DNA of 64,000 nt, from assembly GCF_009914755.1 (NCBI RefSeq), contig NC_060925.1, one strand, 5' to 3'. The stretch is from the human T2T-CHM13v2.0 reference genome, Homo sapiens. The notes below the pieces were generated by a model. The model saw only the letters and a list, made by a program, of their open reading frames with translations. It ran no database searches and was not told where the DNA came from. Made by a program: the position numbers and the translations under genes. This document shows, in pieces, positions 1-11,599 of this stretch (position 1 is its first letter; every line of letters starts with the position of its first letter).

Positions 1-254
1 TGGCGACCTTCATTCTTAATCCGACCCTGGCTCCAGGCCCCACTTCTGATAAGTGGGACTTCGCTGCATCACCAAGCTTTGGCATCTACCTCTGTGGCTT
101 GCCTAAATATCCACCCCAGTACACGCATCCAGTTGCAGCTCCCTTTTAGCAGTGTACTGATGAGTCCTAGCCCCTCCTATGAGCCTATTATCATGGAAAT
201 AGCTGATATGCTCTTCTGAATCCCAATAATAAAGAGTAAACATGTATCAGTATC

Positions 255-440
255 TTATTAAGTTCCAGTCACTGTGTGAAGTATTGTATTATTTCAGTTT
301 GTTCTTACAACAACCCTATGAAGTACATATTATTGCCTTTTACAAATGAGGAAATCGAGACACATACAGGTTATATAATTTTCCCAATATTAATTGCTTA
401 TGACTAGTAGAGACAAGACTTGAATAAGCTATGTTGTGGT
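255..440 (-). mobile_element. MIR SINE fragment
   Basis: Reverse-complement MIR core (cttacaacaaccctatgaag...ttttacaaatgaggaaatcgag); boundaries approximate. Confidence 0.6.
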
Positions 441-889
441 TTTTAGTACAACTGCTAATTTAATGCATACACATTCTCCAGGGGGAAAAAGAATTAAACT
501 AATTCAAGAAATGCCATTGAAAAACTTAAACCATGTATGCAGGAAGGCTAAATGCCCTTTAGAAAAAGGAAAGACATGTAACAACAAATGGCTTTACGTC
601 TGTTGATACACAGGTGAGAAGAGCTGGAAAGAGATATAAAAAGCTTAAGTTGAATATGCAGACTTGGCAACTGGACAGTATTTGATGAGAGACACAAGAG
701 AAAAAGACTGGCTTCTGAGGAAGCACCTTTGATTGGCAAAACCCTAAAGAGGGAAGGAGCCTGAAGTCAGTCCTACTTGAACAAGAGCTGGACCTGCTCC
801 AGAGAGCTGCGGGAAGCTGTTGGATCTGTACCCCGGGCACTTTAGCTGTCTATCCAGGAAGGTTTTTCACTACCTCATGAGAAAATAAA

Positions 890-1110
890 GTGTAGTGTAG
901 CTGAGTTTGGAGTCCAGTCGAATTAGGGTCCACAGAATCCCGGCTCAATCGTTTACTTTGAGATCAATGATTTTTTATCTGTCTCACCTTCCTCAATTAT
1001 AAAATGAGGATATTAGTACTTATTATCTAAGATTATGATGAAGATGAAAAATAGTTATGTAACTAATCACCACAGTGCCTAGACCAGCATAAATGCTTAG
1101 CAAATACTTA
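890..1110 (+). mobile_element. MIR SINE fragment
   Basis: MIR-like core (ttcctcaattataaaatgagga...cacagtgcct...aaatgcttagcaaata); boundaries approximate. Confidence 0.55.
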
Positions 1111-3009
1111 ACAATCATAACCATTGTGATTTGTGAGGGGAAAAGTGGAAAGACGATCATGATGCCAAGAAAAAGACTGTGAGCTCTCTATAGGTAGTCT
1201 ATTTTTTTTTAACTGTCATATTTCCAGCTCCTGGCAAAGTTCCTGGCACATAGCAGGCAATCAACAATATCTGAAAGCAAGGAATGAATGAACTCTAGTG
1301 ACTTCATCTCAATGGCCCAGTACACAGCTACTTGCAGAAAAGAAGGAAGGCAGCATACCCAAAGTTCTGTCCTTCTCTGTGTCTCATGAGGTTTCCAGGT
1401 CCTGCAGGTTCTGAGGCAGGATCCAGGGCTGCTGCCACACTGGGTTGTTGTAGGATGTTCTAATACTTTTCTTCAGCATATAGGATTCATTCAAAGTAAG
1501 ACATGTCACACCTACATCACTTCATAACTCTTATGTGTTTAATGAGTGTTTTTTAAGGCTCTACTTTTACCCTGGAGGTGGAATGGGTCAAGAAAAGGAT
1601 AAACCAATCATTCCAAAGCCTAGATCCCTCAATTTCCTGACTAACCTCCTTGTCTGTATTCGAGTAGTGGCAAAAGGATGGTAAAGGGAATTATTGAATA
1701 CAGACAGAAGATATTCTAGAGTGGCAAAAATGTGACATCCTTACCTTGAAGAAGAATTGAAAGCTGGTGGAAGCAATGTAAGGAGTTCCAGGAATAGGCA
1801 GGGTAGGTGAAAGGAAAGTTAGTATAGAATGAAATCATACAAGAAAAATGTGGTAGTCATATCGTAAAAATCGTTCCCCATATTCTGAGAGACTGGCTAT
1901 GCTTGCTCCACTTTGAGAATGAAATAAAATACATCATAACAGGCCAGAGATTTTGAACCTTGTGATCCCTTCATAAACAGAGAACAAAGAATTATTTATA
2001 TTTATGGCATTTCAAAAGTATTTGAAACTACTGAATCATACCAGTACATACTGCAATTAATAAAATATCCATGGTCTCTGATATAGAAGGGGAAACCCAG
2101 ATGCCTTCAGGAACCCACCCTTTGTGTGAGGATTGAATCTCTAGAGCAGTAATAAGTGCTAATGAAGAAAACTATGATCAAAATAAATGACTTGAGTCAT
2201 CATATGGTAGTTAGTTCAAATCTAAGTCAAACGTCAAACCAATCTTTGGCACTCTAAGATCCTTCCTTCTACAGGCTGGCACCATGCAACAAATAGCCCA
2301 TCTGTATTGCTGGGGATAGCACCAATGAGAACTGACTTCCATTTACATAAAGACAGACTTCAATGGCTAATATGACCCTATATATAGTATGGCTTACTTA
2401 TAAAAACTGAGCATTAAATATGCCGGTAGGCTATAATGCATACAATGAATCATTTTCTTACAAGCATTTTCAGTCTTTTTCAAAACGCTAAATCCACAAT
2501 TTGAAAGGGCCTAAATTGCCTTAGCTTAAAGGTAGCTAACTAGAAAAGACAACCTTTTTACATGCACTAGAGTATAACAAGCTGGCCCTTTTTACTAAAT
2601 ATATATACATATAATTTCATTCCAAAACAAGGTTTTTTTAGTTGTACTTTTTATGGTTGGAGAAATAATTTTTTTAAGGAAGGGTAAACTTTGGAGTCAT
2701 ATGGGCCTTAATTCCTTAATTCTTACTAGCTGTATAGCTACGGTTACCTGTAAGCCTCTGTTTCTGATCTGCAAAATAAGGATAGGAACATCCATCTCAA
2801 AAAATTGTTCCGAGGCTAAATGGGTTGCTGAGAGAGCACTTAGGAAAGAGTCTTTAAAAACTAAGCATTAAGTAAATATTAGTGATACTTGTGTTTCTTT
2901 CTTCTACCCTCCATGTTCCAAGAGAAGAAAATATATTTTTGAAATTTAAAAAGTAATCTCACCTAAATTTAGCACCACATCCGAATGGATATATTTTTTA
3001 GGAAGCGGC

Positions 3010-3040
3010 TCAGATAAATACATCTGATGTATTTATCTGA
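3010..3040. repeat. 31-bp inverted repeat (15-bp perfect arms, 1-nt spacer)
   Basis: tcagataaatacatc-t-gatgtatttatctga; the arms are exact reverse complements. Confidence 0.95.
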
Positions 3041-3729
3041 TGTGTAATGGTAGCAGGCACATCCCTAAAGCCAGTACACAAGTTAAGTTTTTAAAATCTA
3101 ATTATTAATTATGTTTAAATCACAGTTCACAATTTAAACGAACCCTGTGAACTATCCTTGCATAGAATAAATAACCACTCCTAATTAGCCATTTTTATAA
3201 TTCTGTTTGTGATCTCTATATGAATAGTTTGCTTAAAATGAGATATATCTCCACTTAGTTCTTTGTAAGCCAATAATTTTATATTCATCCATCAATGGCA
3301 GTAGACTTTGCAAAAGAGTATTCTATAATGCTTATTGGAATTCATATCTAAAAACAAACTATTATCAGGAAGAAAATAAGATTTGATTTATTCAAAATCA
3401 TGAGACCATTGCTACATTTCAGTATTCCACGGACATGCCTCTCCAGGGTATGTGTGTGTTATAACATGTGCTACATATGTCACAACTATGGCAGAGCACC
3501 AAAAATTAACAAGAGGAAAAATAACATTGAATGCATCAAAAGGGCCTGGTCCCCTTTATTGAGAGGTAACTTTATCTTGACTTGTGTGGGCATTGAAGGA
3601 AAAAAAAAGGTCATTAAAGTCAAATTCACTACAAAACGAATACATCTGAAAAAGAAGCATAGAAACATTAGACATTGGTATATGCAAAGTATAGGCTAGA
3701 TTGTTCTAGTTGCAATAAAAATTCAAAAT

Positions 3730-4012
<283 letters not shown>

Positions 4013-4060
<48 letters not shown>
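4013..4060. repeat. (CA)24 microsatellite
   Basis: Perfect dinucleotide run in the Alu tail. Confidence 0.97.
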
Positions 4061-4064
<4 letters not shown>

Positions 4065-5970
4065 CAAAATAATGATAACAGTAAACTGCAGGCTAGTATG
4101 ATTTTGTAGGGAATTAAGTATCACAATTGGTCATCTAGCAGCAGATACCAATCATTAATACCACTGCTTCTCACGTCAGCTTAAGCCAGTTGTGATCTGA
4201 ATCTATTTCCACTGGTACAGATAAAGAATCACTTCCTAAGGAGAATTTAGTTGTCAGCTCTTCTAGAATCTGTTCTAAAAAAAATCTTAAACAAAGATTG
4301 AAATGCCATCTGCTAAAAAATATTCTGGCATAACAAATTTAAACAATGTGAAAGCCAGAGATTAAAAATGTAGCTCAATCACATTACCATTCTTTGGCTG
4401 GCAATGAGAAAGCAGATGTTATAGGAAACTGAAAAGTATTCCATTTGAGCATAATAGGTCTCAAATGTCCTTGTTATAACTCCCAAAATATTCATATTCC
4501 AATGGGGTCTTTGTGATTTTGTTGTTGGAGTTATTAACTTGTCAGATTGCTCTGGTTTTTCTGGGTCTAAAATCATACATTCTGTTTTAGGAGAATAGAC
4601 GATTATCGTTTTATGATTAAAATCACCACTTTCAAATATTTCTATGATGTTCAAATGGCACATTATTTGGAGTAGTGGCTACTCTACTTGAAAACTGTTT
4701 GAGAGTTACTTATTTGATAATATATTTTGAACGAGCAGAAAAAAAAGTGAGAAAGAGATTTCTCACTTGAATTACATGTTCACCAAGGTATATGAATTTA
4801 GTTAGGTACCTAAGTTCTTATTTCAGTGAAGTCTTATTCTTACTGAATGGATATTTCTCTTAAATTTAATCTTAAAAAGCAAAGGTTTTGAAATGGTCTC
4901 TAGGATCTACTTCACGAAACCTCTTCAGTGAAAGAAGAAAGCAAATGCTTATCCCACACAACACCCAGTATACCTCAGTCTGTAGTCGCCCTTCATTTTC
5001 TTCATATTAACTACATCATATTGTCACTTATTAAAGAGAGAGTAGGCACATGCTCTATTCACAAAATATAGCTCCTCTTCAAGAAATCCCTGCAGGGTGC
5101 TGTTGAAATTGCTGTTCATGTAGCACCTAAATATCTAGCACTTGACTTAGAGGCATGTAGCACCACTTGAAATCTCTCCACTGTCATTTAGTTTGAAGAA
5201 TATTTGCCATGCAAGGGTTCTTGCTTTGAGGAGACAGCCCCTACTCATTTCTAAATGAAATAATTTAAGGATCTTGAATGGAAAATGGACCTATATGCAA
5301 TGCTGCCAAAATTCTCATTTCTTGGATGATAATGACCAAGAGATCTCAAATTGTTGAGCTGTGACAAGGCTAACCTCAGAATGCTTAGGACAAAACCAAG
5401 GGCATTTGTGCTACTGAAGGGCCACTGGGACAATCATCGGTCCTGCCCCAGAGCTCCCATGCATGCCCTTGCTTTTTGCTCACTATTTTATTCTCTTGTC
5501 TATTTCCTTTTCTTCACTCTCCTTTCATTTCTCTCTTTCACCTCTTCCTGGAAGACTGTGCGGGTAATGGACAGAGGCAGACCTTAGAGTCAGAGAGGTT
5601 GCATCTGAGACCAACTCTAGCACCAACCTCAGTGACCTGAAATAAGTAAGTTAACATTTCATTCTCTTCACCTAAATAAAGGGGTGACATCTAGCTTACG
5701 ATGTTGTCACAATAATATGAATTAATAAGTATAAAGCTCCTAAACAGATAGAAAGTGGCAAACAAAAGTAGCCATTATATTATTTTGATTGCTATTATGC
5801 AATCAAAAATGATGCTATTATGACAATTATTATTATGAGGTAGGATTAGATTCTTGCAACAGCTGTTTTTGACCTCCATTCTGAGAGTCTTTACCAGGCT
5901 ACAGTATCCATCTCTAGCCACTGTGGGTGCTGGCTGCTCTAGACTCACACCACCTTCCTCAAGAGATGCT

Positions 5971-6009
5971 TGGCAACTTATGTCCCCAACTGGCAACTTA
6001 TGTCCCCAA
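5971..6009. repeat. 20-bp tandem duplication
   Basis: tggcaacttatgtccccaa occurs twice, one base apart. Confidence 0.95.
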
Positions 6010-6229
6010 TGTCACTATTCCTTTAAAGCTTTCTTCTGAGAAGACTCCCTCAATAGATGACGTACAGAAGAATTCCCCTGTTGGGATTTGCTTCTGAGAC
6101 ACTAACCTAAGAAAGTTATTATTATTACAAATACATCTTAGGCCTTTCTAATAACCAAAGATACTTCAAGCACTCAGCTGAAGACAATGCTAATCTCTTC
6201 TGGATCAAAATTGCCCCCTTTCCAATTCT

Positions 6230-7760
6230 ACTTCTGGCATGACAGTGTGAGAATCTCAGTGGTATCACTCTTCAGCAAAACTGGTGAAAATTAATTTTAA
6301 AACAGTCACTTAAAGTCTCTGAAAAATAGCCTATGTGCATACAGCAAATGAGGAAACATTTATTCGAGAAAGTGTACTAAAACTCCATAAATCTGCGAGA
6401 GTCTGTGGTATTTTAACCAAAACCCACAACCTCCCTCCTAATTCCCAGTTCAGTATGATGGCAACTTCACTCTACACTAGTGTCCAAGGCATTCGAACCA
6501 GAGCGACTCCATCTTGAGTAAGGGCTAGGAAAAATGAGGCTGGAACTTGCTGGGCTACATTCCCAGAAAGGTATTCCTACCCTCTAGATGTTAATGGTTA
6601 AGGGAACAGATTGATAATGTTTGCTAAGCAGACCCAGACTTAGAAGTGTCCTGATATTCTGATATCAAGAACAGATGTATTCCTAATTTTACTTTAGAGA
6701 TAATATTGATTCTTACAAAATATAGTAACTAAGAAAATTAATCGTTTATCAAAAACCTTTGTAGCAGAGCACATCTCCCCATATATAAACAAGTATTGTA
6801 CCTAGGGTGGATGCATTCCTCCTCTCACTTTTGAGAACACCCTACTCTGTTTATGGAGTAGCTGTACTTTCACCACTTTACTTTCGTAGTACACTTGCTT
6901 TTGCTTTGTACTGTGGACTCACCCTAAATTCTTTCTTGTGCAAGATCCAAGAACCCTCTCTTGGGGTCTTGATTGAGACCCCTTTCCTGCAACACTGGTA
7001 TAGCCAAGAACACAAGGTTCTGTCTCCCATCTAGAGAGTTACATTCCTGGGAGAAGTGGGACATCCACATTTTCCTGACTGCCCCCAGTTACTTGTTGCT
7101 GAGGCAAGGTTCCTGGCAAATGCAACCAAAAGAGGGGAGCTCCATTCTCCCACTTAGCTGCCACTCATGGAATCAAGGCTGCACATTGGGCACAGGGCCA
7201 CTTAGAACACTAGGGTCCCCACTGTCCTTGCCATGATGCCTGGGGCAAAGGTTCTATGCCAAGAGAGACTAGCCAAGGACATCTGCATCCACTGAACACT
7301 TAGTTCTTTAAACTGAGTGTCACTCACAGAGAGATGCACAATTGTCCCTCCCTCAGCCCAAGGTGTAGGTCAGATATTTCACCTTGGGAGAAGCAGACCA
7401 TAGAACAGAGAGCTTGAAATCTCTCCCCAAAGAAACTGACTTTGTGACAGAATGTAAAATTCAAGCCTAAGACTGTTCTCAGAAACAGTGTAAGTTGGTG
7501 AAAGGCAATTGGGAAAAGAATGATGAATAAATGTATTGGAGGTATAGGCTAAACTGTAAGCCCACTAGTTGCTAGAGAAAAATGAGGAAAGTCTTGGAAG
7601 ACCCCTTCTACAGTCTGAATAAACCTCAAACACTAAACAGAGGAACCATCCCTTCAAAGAAGATTAATTTGATTGGATTTGTGTGTGAAGCAACTTATGC
7701 CCCACAGCATTATTGCAAGCAATAGAGCAATCAAGCAGCAATTAGTGGAGTTTCACAAAT
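6230..7760 (+). mobile_element. Old L1M 5' region, interrupted by an LTR
   Basis: Starts acttctggcatgacagtgtgag...aaatgaggaaacatttattc, resembling ancient L1M 5' ends; continues after the LTR at ~6995. Confidence 0.5.
6481..6994 (+). mobile_element. ERV1 solo LTR, LTR26 / MER41-related
   Basis: TG...CA termini; 5' gaaccagagcgactccatcttgag and 3' agatccaagaaccctctcttggggtc typical of the MER41/LTR26 group; 4-bp TSD ctag/ctgg. Confidence 0.75.
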
Positions 7761-7763
7761 GTA

Positions 7764-8120
7764 TGTCCTCAGATAACCAGGTATGGTGCTTTGGCATACT
7801 GAGCACTTATGAATTAAAGGAAAACGGAAGACCTTAGAAGTTGCCTCAGAACCAAAGACTTCCTAACTTTCTCTTGTTATCCCCTCACTGCATCCTCCAG
7901 TGCAGGCGTGGAGGGTCTCTCTGAAAGTTCCCTTATCTGAAAGAAAAATTTCTTTAAACACATATGCAATTGTCTTAAGACCCATTCCCTAGGAATCTCA
8001 TCAAATAACCAGAAAAAATTAACCACTGAAGAGAAGAAAAAAGTCTTTGCCACAAGGCCCAGAAGACTTCTGGTTTCTTCTACTGAGGACAACTCCAAAA
8101 AATTACATGGGAGATATCTA
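7764..8120 (+). mobile_element. ERV1 LTR fragment (MER67/MER31-like)
   Basis: gtatggtgctttggcatactgagcac...aattaaagga resembles MER67/MER31 5' ends. Confidence 0.45.
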
Positions 8121-8309
8121 CATATTATATGGTAACTCTATGTTCAAAATTTTGAGAAATTGCTATTCTATTTTCCCAAGTGGATGCACCATTTTATAAT
8201 CCCCTCTGCAATGAATAAGGGTTCTTTCTCCATATCTTCACTGAGACTTGTCATTGTCTTTTTATTTGAATCATCCTAATGAGTCTGAAGTAGTGTCTGG
8301 TTATGAGAT

Positions 8310-8722
8310 TTTTTTTAAAACATTTATTTTTGGTTTGGGGGTACATGTGAAAGTTTGTTACATAGGTCAACTCATGTCACGGGGGTTTGTTGTACCAATT
8401 ATTTCATCAACCAAGTATTAATCCCAGTATCCAATAGCTATCTTTTTTGTTCCTCTCCCTCCACTCTCCACTCTCCCTCCACTCTCAAGTAGACCCCACT
8501 GTCTGTAGTTTCCTTCTTTGTGTCCATAAGTTCTCATCACTTAGCTCCCACTTATAAGTGAAAACATGTGGTATTTGGTCTTCTGTTCCTGCATTGGTTT
8601 GCTAAGGATAATGGCCTCCAGCTCCATCCATGTTCCTGAAAAGGACATGATCTTGTTCTTTTTATGGCTACATAGTATTCCATGGTGTATATGTACCACA
8701 TTTTCTTTATCCAATCTGTCAT
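8310..8722 (-). mobile_element. 5'-truncated older L1PA/L1PB 3' end
   Basis: ORF2 C-terminus (IMSFSGTWMELEAIILSK...HMFSLISGS) plus 3'UTR and T-rich tail. Confidence 0.85.
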
Positions 8723-9882
8723 TCATTTGCATTTCCCTAATGATTAATGATGAGTGTCTTTCCATGTGCCTATTGCCATTTATATATCTGTTTTTGGAAA
8801 AATATCTATTCAAATCCTTTGCCCACTTCCCCCCAATATTTTAGTATGGTAATAAAATTTACCATCTTAACCATTTCAAAATGTACTTCAGTGATATAAA
8901 ATGTACTCACAATGTTGAGTACATTTGACTCACAATGTTGTGCAACCATCTCCATAAATCTTTTTATTTTATAAAACTGAAACTCTATACTTATTAATTA
9001 ATAAGTCCCTGTTCCCCTATCTCTGCAATCCCTGGCATCTACCATTCTATTTTGGGTCTCTATAATTTTGACTATGCTAAACACCTCACATAAGTGGAAT
9101 CCTACATTATTTTTCTCTTTGTGACTAACTTCACTTAGCATAACATCCTCAAGATTCATCTGTAATATAGCATATTTCAGAATTTTCTTTTTAGGCTGAA
9201 CAATATTCCATTATATGTATCCTATTTTGCTTTTCCATTTATTTATCAGTAGACATTTGGGTTGCTTCTATGTTTTAGCTGTTGTGAATAATGCTGTTAT
9301 GAACATGGGTGTACAAATATCTGAGACCATACTTTCAATTCTTTCAGGGATATACCCAGTAGTGGAAGTGTTGGATCACACAGTAATTCTATTTGTAATT
9401 TGTTTAGGAACTGCCATACTGTTATCCACAGTGGCTCTACCACTTTACATTCCCACCAAGAATGCACAAGGGTTCCAATTTCTCCACATCCTTGTCAATG
9501 TAATTGCCTTACGGGTTCATCTTGCCCACTGCCTAGAAATGCCAATGCACTGAGAAGAGCAGGTTTCTGCCAGAAAGAAAGAGTTTAATAATCTCAGGAC
9601 CAACCAAGCGGAAGAATGGGAGATAATTCTCAAATCCTTCTACCCAAAATCTCAGAGGTGAGGTTTTTGAGGATAATTTGGTGGACAGGGAGCTGGAGAA
9701 TGGGTGTTGCTGATTGGTTGGGTATGAAATTATAGGAGTGTCCAAATTGGTCTTCATGTGTTGAGTCAGTTTCTGGGTGGGGGGTCACAGGATCAGTTGG
9801 GCCAGTTCTTTGGTATTAGTCATGGGTCTAGATGACATCTGCTGGTCTGCCCAAATGCAAAAGTCTAAAAATTACCTCAAAG

Positions 9883-10140
<258 letters not shown>

Positions 10141-10156
10141 AATTACCTCAAAGACC

Positions 10157-10355
10157 AACAAGAAAAACAGAATTTTAGATCAATATCCCTGATGAACATG
10201 GATGCAAAAATCCTCAATAGAATATCGGCAAACTGAATCCAGCAGCACATCAAAAAGCTAATCTACCACGATCAAGTTGGCTTCATCCCCAGGATGCAAG
10301 GCTGGTTCAACATATGCAAATCAACAAACGTAATCCGTAATATAAACAGAACCAA
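10157..10355 (+). mobile_element. Internal L1PA ORF2 (RT region) fragment without poly(A)
   Basis: Translates to NFRSISLMNMDAKILN...[15 protein letters not shown]; LTR8 sequence resumes immediately after. Confidence 0.9.
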
Positions 10356-11190
10356 GGTTTTAATAATAGTGATGTTATCTACAGGAGCAAGTGGGGAAGA
10401 TACAAATCTGACCTCTGGAACCGTGGTTGGTTATTGTTTATGGCTACATCTTAGCAGAATTCAGGCCTCTCCCATAATTCTAATTTTGTTGCCTTTCATT
10501 AGTTTTACAAAGGCGGTGTCAGTCCTCAAACAATGAAGGGGTAGTTTTGGGAAGGGCTATTATCATCCCTACTTTAAGGTTAAACTACAAACTAATTCCT
10601 CCCATAGTTAGCTTGGCCTATGCTCCAGAATGGGCAAGGGTAGTTGTTAGCTTGTGAAGTTAGAAGCAAATTGGTGTCAGCTATGTCAGATTTTTCTCAT
10701 TGTCATAATTTTTGCAAAGGTGGCTTCTCTACTACTTGTAATTTTTTGGTTTTTTCAATACTAATTGTCCCAATGGGTATGATGTGTTATCTCATTGCAG
10801 TTTTGATTTGCATTTCCCTAATGGTTGGGTGATGTTGAGCATCTTTTTATGTATTTGTTTACTAGTCATTTGTATAAATTATTTGGAGCAATGTCTATTT
10901 GAGTCCTTTCCCCTTTTTTAAAATCAGTTTGTTTTTCTGTTTTTAAGATACAGGAGTTCTCTACATACTGGGTATTAATCCCTTAACAGATATATGGTTT
11001 GCAAATAGTTTCTCTCATTCTGTGAGGTGCTTTTTAAACTCTATTGATAGTGTCTTTTTGGTGCACAAAACTATTTACTTTTCATACTGTTCCATTTGTC
11101 TACTTATTCTTTTGTTGCCTGTGCCATTGGTGTCATATCTAAGAAACCATTGCCAAATACAGTCTTGAAGTTTTTACCCTATGTCTTCTT

Positions 11191-11599
11191 TTTTTAATTT
11201 TTTATTATTATACTTTAAGTTCTAGGGTACAAGTGCACAATGTGCAGGTTTGTTACATATGTATACTTGTGCCATGTTGGTGTGCTGCACCCATTACCTC
11301 AACATTTACATTAGGTATATCTCCTAATGCTATTCCGCCCCACTTCCCCTACCCCACGACAGGCCCCAGTGTGTGATGTTCCCCACCCTGTGTCCAAGTG
11401 TTCTCATTGTTCAATTCCCACCTATGAGTGAGAACATGCGGTGTTTGGTTTTCTGTCCTTGCGATAGTTTGCTGAGAATGATGGTTTCCAGCTTCATCCA
11501 TGTCCCTACAAAGGACATGAACTCATGCTTTTTTATGGCTGCATAGTATTCCATGGTGTATATGTGCCACATTTTCTTAATCCAGTCTATCATTGATGG
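11191..11599 (-). mobile_element. 5'-truncated L1PA (about L1PA4-5) 3' end
   Basis: ORF2 C-terminus and 3'UTR; perfect 16-bp TSD taccctatgtcttctt at 11175-11190 and 11600-11615. Confidence 0.95.

Noticed and set aside
4379-4663. 94-aa minus-strand ORF ending near a GTAATG donor-like word
   Set aside because: No recognisable protein similarity, no convincing acceptor and no neighbouring exons.
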